Assembly (NCBI GenBank): GCA_043819135.1
Contig: JBDRFG010000088.1
Span: 1-62,585, forward strand
From: Candidatus Eiseniibacteriota bacterium
GTDB taxonomy: Bacteria; Joyebacterota; Joyebacteria; Joyebacterales; Joyebacteraceae
Reading direction: 5' to 3'
DNA: 62,585 nucleotides
The notes under the pieces: generated by a model
Told to the model about the DNA's origin: nothing
The model's database searches: none
The model's input: the letters and a program-made list of their open reading frames with translations, nothing else
Part shown: one piece after another, positions 19,906-27,785 of the stretch
Numbering within the stretch: the stretch's first letter is position 1
How the letters are laid out: every line of letters starts with the position of its first letter
Translations under genes and position numbers: made by a program

Positions 19906-22900
19906 ATGTTGAGCCATTCTGCCTTGTTACTGATCATCCGGCCTGAAGAAGCGTCCGGCCGCACAGGAATCCGCCGGGCGGCCACAGCGGCACTGGCGAC
20001 GGTCCTGGTCGTGCTGGCCGCGACCTTCGTCTGCCACGCCGCCGACGGCATTCTGAACGCGAGGCAGCCGGCTCCTTCGCCTGACGGCGACGAGATAGCG
20101 TTCTCCTACATGGGGGACCTGTGGACGGTCCCGTCCTCGGGAGGTCGCGCGACGCGCCTGACCGTGCACGAGGCCTACGACGACATTCCTCTCTGGTCAC
20201 CGGACGGCGACCGAGTGGCCTTCTCTTCGAACAGGGCCGGGAACTCCGACGTATATGTCATGTCGCGAGAAGGGGGCGTGCCCGAGCGGCTGACCTGGCA
20301 CAGCTCGTGGGACAGCCCGCAGTGCTGGGATCGCGACGGAGGAGGGATCCTCTTTACGTCGTATCGCGACACCCTTGAGGCCAACCTCTATCGCGTCTCC
20401 GTGGGCGGCGGCCTTCCTCGCAGGGTGCTCTTCGATCGCGGCTACAACGTGTCGGTCTCGCCCGACGGTCGCTGGCTCGCATACGTCCGTGGCAGGACGC
20501 CGTGGTGGCGTCAGCACTACTACGGTTCCGCGGCCCGGGACATCTGGGTCCGGGCCATCGACGGCGGCCCCAGCCACAGGATCGTGCACTCTCCATACAA
20601 CGACGACAGGCCGATGTGGGGCGCTGACGGCCGCTCGATCTACTTCGTGTCCGAGCGCGCCGACTCGGTGGCGAACATCTGGAAGGTGACGGTCGACCTG
20701 CCGGGAGCGGGCGATGACTGGAAGCCCAAGGCCGTGGACGGACCCTTCCAGGTGACGTACCACTCCCACGACGGCGTTCAGATGGCTAAGATCTCCGAGG
20801 ACGGCTCGCTCATCGCGTACGAGTGGGACGCTGGAGTCTGGAAGCTCGGGCTGCCGGATGACAAACCGACGCAGGTGGTCATCACCGTCGACAGTGACCT
20901 CAAGTGGAACGAGGATCTGATCCTCAACCTCTCGAACGGTGTGACGCAGTTTGCGTTCTCCCCGGACGAGACGCAGCTCGCGCTGGTAGTCCGCGGTGAG
21001 CTCTTCGTCTGCCCGTTCGAGGACGGGGAGGCAGGTGACACGAGGAGGGTCACCGAGACGGCGGCGCGGGAGAAGGACCCGGCGTGGATGCCCGATGGAG
21101 AGACGCTGGTTTTCGCGTCGGATCGCACCGGCGACTACGACCTCTATGCCGTTTCATCGGCAGAGGACGGAGAGCCGATGCTCTCGGACGCGCTCAAGTT
21201 TGAGACGACGCGTCTGACTAATTCCGCTGAGGACGAGTTCTCACCGATAGTTTCCCCCGAGGGCGATGCCATAGCCTACATGTATGGGGACCGGTACCTC
21301 TGGACGATGGACGCCGACGGCGCCGGCCGAGGCGAGCTGGTGCGAGAACCCGGCGTGCTGCACTCGGCGTGGTCGCCCGACGGGCGATGGATCGCGTTCT
21401 CCCGGACCACGATGGGTCACAAGGAGGACGTCTTCATCGTGGCGGCGGCGGGCGGCGAGCCCGTCGACGTCACCGACCATCCGAACGATGATTTCCAACC
21501 CAGCTGGTCCGACGACGGCAAGCGGCTCTCGTTCGCATCGAGGACCGACGACGGCCGGTACGCGCTCAAGTACATCTGGCTTCTCAAGGACGACTACTGG
21601 AAGACGGACGAGGAGCGCGAGAAGGACGCGGAGGCCGAGGACGCGGTCGGTGACGAGAAGGAGGACGGCGACGACGACGGAGAGGACGAAGGCGTCGTTG
21701 TGGAGATCGATTTCGACCGCATCAACGAGCGCGCTGCTACCGTCATGAACATGCGCGGCGGCTACGACTTCTACGCCCAGACGCCCGACGGACACTACTA
21801 CGCGTTCCGCGACCGGAGCCTTCAGCAGGACAACCTGTGGCTGGTCGACTGGAAGGGCAGCAGCCTGACGCAGGTCTCACAGGGTGGAAGCGACCCGAGC
21901 GAGCTCTACTGGGACCGGAGCGGCGAGACCTGCTACTACATCGACGGGAGCAGGATCGCGAGCGTGAGCATCAACCCGGACTCCGGCGACGTGACGGGCC
22001 GCGGTGGCGTCGGGTTCTCCGTCAGAACCACCGTCAATGTTCCTGATGAGCGAAAGGTGATGTTCACCGAGGCCTGGCGGCTGCTGTGGAACGGGTTCTA
22101 CGATTCCGAGTTCCACGGCGTCGACTGGCCCGCCATACACGACAAGTACGAGCCGCTGGCGATGGCGGCCTACACCGAAGAGGAGTTCCGCTCGGTCGTG
22201 CGCGAGATGCTCGGCGAGCTGTCCGCGTCACATCTTGGCATCTACAAGTACGGCGGCGGCGGAGTGTCGACGGGACGTCTCGGCATCTACGATTACGAGG
22301 ATCACGACGGCCCAGGCATCCGCGTGCGCCGAGTGATTCCGGATGGCCCGGCAGAGCGGGCAGGCATCGCAGCGGGCGACTACATCCTCTCTATTGCGGG
22401 ACAAGAGATGGCGCCTGGCGAGAACTACCACAGGCTGCTCGAGGACACCGCCGGTGAGGACGTCCTGATCGAGGTGGCGTCATCTGCGGGCGGCAGGGAC
22501 CGGCGCGAGTTGAGGATCCGTCCAGTTGCGTCGCTCGACAGGTTCGCGTACGAGGGGCGAGTGAGGCAGCGTCGGGAGAAGGTCGACAGGCTGTCCGACG
22601 GGAGGCTTGGCTACCTGCACATCGCCGGCATGGGCACCGGAAACCTCTTCCAGTTCGAGGAGGACCTGTTCGCCCAGGGTAAGGACAAGGACGGGCTCGT
22701 CATCGACATAAGGGGCAACGGCGGCGGGTCCGTGCACGATGAGATCCTTCGCTATCTGGACCGCCGCGTCTACGGCTACACTGTCTCCAGGGGCAGGCAG
22801 CCATCCTACAATCCGCTCGCGCTCTACACGATGCCGCTCGCGCTCGTGATAGACGAGAGCTGCTACAGCGACGCGGAGATCTTCCCGATGGGGTGGAAGG

Positions 22901-23151
22901 CTCTCGACCTCGGGCCGGTCGTCGGTACGCCCACCTACGGTGCGGTCATCGGGACGAACGACCTTCCGCTCATCGACGGGACCATGTTCCGCGTGCCGGG
23001 TTCGGGCTGGTACGACCTGACGGGCAGGAACCTGGAGAACTGGGGCATCGAGCCGGACGTCCCGGTCGAGGCCGTCCCCGAGGAGTCGTCACGCGGCGCG
23101 GATGCGCAGCTCGAGCGCGCGATCAGGGTGTTGATGGAGAAGCTGGACTAG
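19906..23151 (+). CDS. Tricorn-like S41 peptidase (PD40 beta-propellers, PDZ, S41 domain)
   Basis: Repeated WSPDG motifs, MLGELSASH, PDZ (GPAERAGI), IDIRGNGGG, CYSDAEIF catalytic Ser, ENWGIEPD. Confidence 0.93.
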   Translation: MLSHSALLLIIRPEEASGRTGIRRAATAALATVLVVLAATFVCHAADGILNARQPAPSPDGDEIAFSYMGDLWTVPSSGGRATRLTVHEAYDDIPLWSPDGDRVAFSSNRAGNSDVYVMSREGGVPERLTWHSSWDSPQCWDRDGGGILFTSYRDTLEANLYRVSVGGGLPRRVLFDRGYNVSVSPDGRWLAYVRGRTPWWRQHYYGSAARDIWVRAIDGGPSHRIVHSPYNDDRPMWGADGRSIYFVSERADSVANIWKVTVDLPGAGDDWKPKAVDGPFQVTYHSHDGVQMAKISEDGSLIAYEWDAGVWKLGLPDDKPTQVVITVDSDLKWNEDLILNLSNGVTQFAFSPDETQLALVVRGELFVCPFEDGEAGDTRRVTETAAREKDPAWMPDGETLVFASDRTGDYDLYAVSSAEDGEPMLSDALKFETTRLTNSAEDEFSPIVSPEGDAIAYMYGDRYLWTMDADGAGRGELVREPGVLHSAWSPDGRWIAFSRTTMGHKEDVFIVAAAGGEPVDVTDHPNDDFQPSWSDDGKRLSFASRTDDGRYALKYIWLLKDDYWKTDEEREKDAEAEDAVGDEKEDGDDDGEDEGVVVEIDFDRINERAATVMNMRGGYDFYAQTPDGHYYAFRDRSLQQDNLWLVDWKGSSLTQVSQGGSDPSELYWDRSGETCYYIDGSRIASVSINPDSGDVTGRGGVGFSVRTTVNVPDERKVMFTEAWRLLWNGFYDSEFHGVDWPAIHDKYEPLAMAAYTEEEFRSVVREMLGELSASHLGIYKYGGGGVSTGRLGIYDYEDHDGPGIRVRRVIPDGPAERAGIAAGDYILSIAGQEMAPGENYHRLLEDTAGEDVLIEVASSAGGRDRRELRIRPVASLDRFAYEGRVRQRREKVDRLSDGRLGYLHIAGMGTGNLFQFEEDLFAQGKDKDGLVIDIRGNGGGSVHDEILRYLDRRVYGYTVSRGRQPSYNPLALYTMPLALVIDESCYSDAEIFPMGWKALDLGPVVGTPTYGAVIGTNDLPLIDGTMFRVPGSGWYDLTGRNLENWGIEPDVPVEAVPEESSRGADAQLERAIRVLMEKLD

Positions 23152-23200
23152 GCGCACGTTCCGCGGTGCGCCCCCGGTGCACCGGCAGCGAAGGGAGTCG

Positions 23201-23770
23201 ATGATGAGACGTTCCATTCAGGTGACAGTGGCCGTGTTCGCTCTGCTGGTGTTGTTCACCGCGCCCGCGATGGCGGGGCTGGTGGACTTCGCCGTGGGAG
23301 CCTACGGCGGCATGAACCTGCCGCTTCAGGGCGACGCGTCCTCAGGCACCGTACTCGGGGGGAAGGTCAGGGTCTTGCCTCCGATCCCGATGGTGGGATT
23401 CGAGGTGTGGTACGCTCACTTCACCTACGAGGACCCCGGCGAGGTCCTGGCCCAGGGTGACCTGACCCTGGCGTTGGACGGTGAGGGCTTCGACCTCTGG
23501 GGCGTGGATGTACTCATCGGTGGCGTCGGTGGCGGGCCGGGCCTCAAGTGGTACGGCATCGTCGGCGTCAACGCGGCCGAGTTCGAGGAGTTCGGCAAGG
23601 ACGAGACAGAGCGCAAGCTAGGGGGAGAGGTTGGTTTCGCTCTGGAGGTCGGTCCTCCCTTGCTGGGCCTTGGGTTCGAGGCGCGCAGCACCCTCATGTT
23701 CCCGGACCTCTCGGGCGATTTCGACGAGACGCTGCTGACGGTGACCATCGGGGCGAACTACTACTTCTAG
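23201..23770 (+). CDS. Small outer-membrane beta-barrel protein
   Basis: Signal peptide (AMA), alternating beta-strands, C-terminal GANYYF. Confidence 0.75.
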   Translation: MMRRSIQVTVAVFALLVLFTAPAMAGLVDFAVGAYGGMNLPLQGDASSGTVLGGKVRVLPPIPMVGFEVWYAHFTYEDPGEVLAQGDLTLALDGEGFDLWGVDVLIGGVGGGPGLKWYGIVGVNAAEFEEFGKDETERKLGGEVGFALEVGPPLLGLGFEARSTLMFPDLSGDFDETLLTVTIGANYYF

Positions 23771-23792
23771 GTCGCCCCGCGCATGAAACGCA

Positions 23793-23826
23793 AAGAGGCC
23801 TCCGCCCGGTGGCGGAGGCCTCTTCT
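23793..23826. terminator. Intrinsic terminator between convergent genes
   Basis: AAGAGGCCTCCGCC-cggt-GGCGGAGGCCTCTT. Confidence 0.8.
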
Positions 23827-23927
23827 CGTACTGCTCGATCTGTGCTGCTCGATCGCCGCGCGCCCACACAAGGGATTGCGCAAGTGAGTCTCATTCTTGT
23901 CCACGTGCATCCATCAGTCACACGTCT

Positions 23928-25160
23928 CTATCTGTACATCGCCTTTATCGAACCCCAGCTGCTTGGTTCGACCGGCGTCGCGTACCCCTCGAGGTACACG
24001 TCGTCCAGCACGACTCCCGCGCCGCCGCCGGCGCCTGGGCCGCATCCGTTGTCGTTCGTGTGCATGGTCAGTCGGAACGCGAACCTGTTCTCCAGCGCTA
24101 CGTAAGGGACGAGGTCTATGCCGAGGAGTATGGCCCTGAGGCTCCACCCGGCGCACGACTCGTAGTCGCCCCAGTACGTCCCGGAGTGGTACCACGTGTC
24201 GCCCCCGTCCATCGTGACTTCCTCGGTCCAGTAGTCGTCGTCGATGCGCGGGACCTCCACGTGCAGGATAAAGCGCAGCGTGGTCGCGACCGCGCCCGCG
24301 AGGTCGACGACCGGAGTCATCAACCAGTTGTCCAGCCTGGGCGGGATGAGTGTCGTGTCGGCGTCGTCGCCGCACCACCAGCAGTGCGGGTCCGAGGACG
24401 CCGAGCATCGCTTCTCGACGAGGTGCCAGAAGTCCCCCGCGGACTGCGGCAACACGGCGGCGCACTGGCCGATCCCGTCCTCGGCGTCGTCGAAGAAGTA
24501 GACGTGTCCGCTGTAGTAGTCGAAGATCTGGATGTCGTCAACGTGGAAGGGACCCGCGTCCGAATCGTAGACCGCGTCCTCGTCGGAGTACGCGGCGTCC
24601 GAGATGAAGCGGAAGCGCACGGCGAGCGGGTTGTCGTAGCCGACGAGCACGAAGCCGTAGACGCCGATGTCAGACCAGCCTCCGCTTGAGCCGTCGTAGC
24701 CCCGGTTCAGGCTCACGAAGCTGCCCAGGCTCTCGGCCTGAACGTACGTGTAGTCGTAGTCGGGCTCGGAGTCGTGTCTGAACCTGAACGTCAGTACCGG
24801 GTAGGTGGCCGGCGGGCTGCTCAGATCCACGAGCGGCAGGTGGAGTCGCTCGTCCCATGCGTTGCCGTAGCCGTCTCCGCCCGTGAAGGCGGGGTCAAGC
24901 TCGCCGCACCAGTATGAGTAGACGCCTCCCGACCACGCGTAGTAGGTGTCCACGTGGAAGTGGGCCGTGGCCTTCGCGGTGTTGTCACCGTGTGTCCAGC
25001 CGAGCCCGCCGCCCTCGTTGTCGTCGTGCCAGAGCAGAGTCGCCCGGTCCCTTGCGAGAGGGGCAAGCGTGTGCGCGGTGTCCTCCGTGTGTTTCGGGGC
25101 GGCCTGTGATCCGGAGACGGCAAGCAGCCAGGTGAGGCACAGAGCGGCCATGAGGCGCAA
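23928..25160 (-). CDS. Secreted protein with tandem immune-inhibitor-A/MAM-like jelly-roll domains and C-terminal SWGSIKAMYR tail
   Basis: Signal peptide; DSEPDYDYTYV, RFRFISDAAYSDED, two related beta-sandwich repeats; ends TPVEPSSWGSIKAMYR. TTG 25160 follows AAGGAG. Confidence 0.7.
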   Translation of the reverse strand: MRLMAALCLTWLLAVSGSQAAPKHTEDTAHTLAPLARDRATLLWHDDNEGGGLGWTHGDNTAKATAHFHVDTYYAWSGGVYSYWCGELDPAFTGGDGYGNAWDERLHLPLVDLSSPPATYPVLTFRFRHDSEPDYDYTYVQAESLGSFVSLNRGYDGSSGGWSDIGVYGFVLVGYDNPLAVRFRFISDAAYSDEDAVYDSDAGPFHVDDIQIFDYYSGHVYFFDDAEDGIGQCAAVLPQSAGDFWHLVEKRCSASSDPHCWWCGDDADTTLIPPRLDNWLMTPVVDLAGAVATTLRFILHVEVPRIDDDYWTEEVTMDGGDTWYHSGTYWGDYESCAGWSLRAILLGIDLVPYVALENRFAFRLTMHTNDNGCGPGAGGGAGVVLDDVYLEGYATPVEPSSWGSIKAMYR

Positions 25161-25231
25161 GTGGACACTCCTTCCGTCGTGCAGGGAGGGGAAGTACGGA
25201 AACGCGCGCACCATCTGCCCCGCGCGCGCCC

Positions 25232-25260
25232 ATTATACCACGCAGTGTTCAGTTCGGCAA
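25232..25260 (-). promoter_or_regulatory. Sigma70-type promoter
   Basis: TTGCCG-N17-TATAAT with extended TG on the minus strand. Confidence 0.65.
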
Positions 25261-25335
25261 GTGTCCACGGGACCTCCCGCAGCTGCCAGGGGGCTCGTGC
25301 TCCTGACGAATGCGCGCTTGCGGCGCCTCGGACGA

Positions 25336-25371
25336 GGACGCCCACGATCGCGGACGCCCACGATCGCGGAC
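25336..25371. repeat. 16-bp tandem repeat, 2.25 copies
   Basis: GGACGCCCACGATCGC x2 followed by GGAC. Confidence 0.85.
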
Positions 25372-26199
25372 TCAGAACTCCAGCTTGCTTGGCATCCCCT
25401 TGACGTAGTCGATGGGGAACGTCACCACGATGCCACGGCCTTCCTCTGCGAAATCACCGACTATGTCCTCGAGTCCGGCGACGAAGCGTTCCACGGCTCC
25501 CTTGTCGATGGTCAGGAGGAAGATGTGACCGAACATCTGGCCCTCGGTGAAGACCCTCGCAAAGTCCGAGAACAGGGGGACCTTGGTCAGGAATCCCTCG
25601 ACATTGCGCGCGTCGAGCACGGTCGCGCTGGTGCCGCCGATCTCCGTGAAGTACTCCACGACGGCGTCGAAGTAATCGGGGTCCCGAAGCTCGAACAGCA
25701 GCAGTCGCTGCTCCTCGGTCGTCGCGACGGCGGTCGATGCCGCCTCCATCGTCCTGATCCTGTCGTGGATCTCGACCGGTGACGACGCCGTGACCAGCGA
25801 TTCCGTGAAAGATGGATTGGACAGGAGCCGCGCGACCTTCGCGAGAATGCGCAAGTAGTCTCGGGACTCTTCCGGCGGAGCGACCATCGCGACGACGAAC
25901 CGCACCGGCAGCCCGTCCACCGAGCCGTACTCGATGCCTCGTTTGGACACACCGATGGCGGCGGCTATGCCCGACAGACCCATCAGCTTCCCGTGCGGGA
26001 TCCCCACCTCCTTGCCCACGCCCGTCGTCGCCGCCTTCTCCCGCTCGTTCAGGGCCTTGAGGACCGTGCTCGCGTCAACGCTCTCGAGCGCCGGACTCTT
26101 CTTGAGGAGAGCGACCATCTCCGTGAAGAGCTCTTCCTTCGTGCGCGCGCGGAGGCTTATCTCAATGCTCTCGACCGCGACTGCATCAATCAGCTTCAT
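25372..26199 (-). CDS. PTS EIIA(Ntr/Fru)-domain protein with C-terminal PII-like domain
   Basis: REKAATTGVGKEVGIPHG (phospho-His motif), YGSVDGLPV; C-terminal ferredoxin-like region ending GRGIVVTFPIDYVKG. Confidence 0.85.
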   Translation of the reverse strand: MKLIDAVAVESIEISLRARTKEELFTEMVALLKKSPALESVDASTVLKALNEREKAATTGVGKEVGIPHGKLMGLSGIAAAIGVSKRGIEYGSVDGLPVRFVVAMVAPPEESRDYLRILAKVARLLSNPSFTESLVTASSPVEIHDRIRTMEAASTAVATTEEQRLLLFELRDPDYFDAVVEYFTEIGGTSATVLDARNVEGFLTKVPLFSDFARVFTEGQMFGHIFLLTIDKGAVERFVAGLEDIVGDFAEEGRGIVVTFPIDYVKGMPSKLEF

Positions 26200-27455
26200 G
26201 TTCGTGCTCCTGATCTGGATGCGGTGGGACGTCTCGCGGATCCCGACGCCTCGAGCGCGTACTTCGCCAGCGGAGGTCCGACGATCTCGTTAACAAGAAT
26301 GGAGGCGAGGACGATGTTGACCATCTGCCCCATGTAGGGCAGCTGCGTGAAGGCCGCGGTGTCCTGCAGGACCAGGATAAGCCCAATGGCGACTCCCGCC
26401 TGGGGGAGAAGTCCCAGTCCGAGATACTTCTTTGTGACGGAAGACTCGTTGGCGGCCACGGCGCCGAAGTAGGCGCCCCCGTACTTGCCGGCCGCTCGTG
26501 CTATCAGGTAGACCGCTCCGAGTGCGCCGGTAGCCGCCAGCGTGCGAACGTCCAGCTCCGTACCTGCCAGCGCGAAGAAGGCCGCGTAGATGGGTGGCGA
26601 CAGAGGCTCGAGAACCCTCATGACCCTGCTGTTCTTCGGCGAGAGATTCACCAGAGCGAATCCCATCATCATGTTAGCCATGAGGGGCGACACGTGGATA
26701 GAGATAGTGATGCCGCTCGTCAGGAGGACGAATCCGAGCACGATGACGATGATCTCGTTGTTGCTCTTCCGGTTGACGACCAGGCGATGGACCACGTATC
26801 CGAAGACCAGACCTATCGCCACCGAGGTAGCTATCTCCCGTATCGGATGGAGGATCATGGCCAGCGGGCCGTGACCTTCCGCCCCGGCGACCATCGCCGT
26901 GGCGAAGGCCATCACGAAGCCGAACAGGGTGATGCAGAAGGCGTCATCAAGAGCGACCACCCCGAAGAGGGTGGACACGAGCGGTCCCCTGGCGCGGAGT
27001 TCAGTGGCGATGGCGACGGTGGCGGCGGGTGCTGTGGCGGACGCAATGGCGCCCAGGAGAAGCGCCATGGGAACTGGCGCGCCGAAGGCCCAGAGAGCCA
27101 CTGCCACCGCCCCGAACGTCGTCAGAAGCTGGATCGTCGTGATGATGAGGATGTTGCGGCCGGTCTTCTTGAGCTTCGCGATGCGGAACTCCGACCCGAT
27201 GGTGATGGCGATGAGTCCCAGCGCGATGTGGGGGATCGGCGCGAGCGATTCGACGATGTGGTCCGGAACCACGTTCAGGATCGAAGGGCCGAGAAGCAGC
27301 CCGGCGACTATGTAGCCTGAGATCGTCGGGAGCTTGAAACGCATCGCGACCTTGCCGCCGACGAATCCGGCGAGCAGGAGCGCCCCGACACCGAATATCA
27401 GGTTGCCGTGGAGCAGATTCCGCGTGCCTATCAGAGCGTCAAAGAGGACATTCAT
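26196..27455 (-). CDS. Cation:proton antiporter (CPA family)
   Basis: LPTISGYIVAGLLLGP, ATAPAAT, VALDD, FFALAG, LLPQAGVAIG; about 12 TM. Confidence 0.92.
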   Translation of the reverse strand: MNVLFDALIGTRNLLHGNLIFGVGALLLAGFVGGKVAMRFKLPTISGYIVAGLLLGPSILNVVPDHIVESLAPIPHIALGLIAITIGSEFRIAKLKKTGRNILIITTIQLLTTFGAVAVALWAFGAPVPMALLLGAIASATAPAATVAIATELRARGPLVSTLFGVVALDDAFCITLFGFVMAFATAMVAGAEGHGPLAMILHPIREIATSVAIGLVFGYVVHRLVVNRKSNNEIIVIVLGFVLLTSGITISIHVSPLMANMMMGFALVNLSPKNSRVMRVLEPLSPPIYAAFFALAGTELDVRTLAATGALGAVYLIARAAGKYGGAYFGAVAANESSVTKKYLGLGLLPQAGVAIGLILVLQDTAAFTQLPYMGQMVNIVLASILVNEIVGPPLAKYALEASGSARRPTASRSGART

Positions 27456-27587
27456 TGCAGGATCCCCGGGCGATCCTCGGGCCGTTGATGTTGCGATGGC
27501 CCGTACCAGATCGGGGGGATTGTATCACTACGAGGGCGAATTCTCCAGTAGCCCGCCTCCTGGGTGCCGTGTGACTCGTATGATGTA

Positions 27588-27616
27588 CTGACAAAGCACC
27601 GGAGATGTGCTATAAT
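27588..27616 (+). promoter_or_regulatory. Sigma70-type promoter of the first C25 gene
   Basis: CTGACA-N17-TATAAT with extended TG. Confidence 0.7.
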
Positions 27617-27785
27617 CGACCGAAAAGGTGCAGTGTGGCCCGTGGTCGCGCGCTGTCCGGTGCGAACCGCTGCCATGCCGCCTGTCTGCGTGGATTCGTA
27701 CGCTACACATACATTGGCGGAGGGAAGCGAGTCTGACCCGCATGGGTGGGACTCCCGTTCTGCCGTTGCACTTGAGGAGGTTGCC

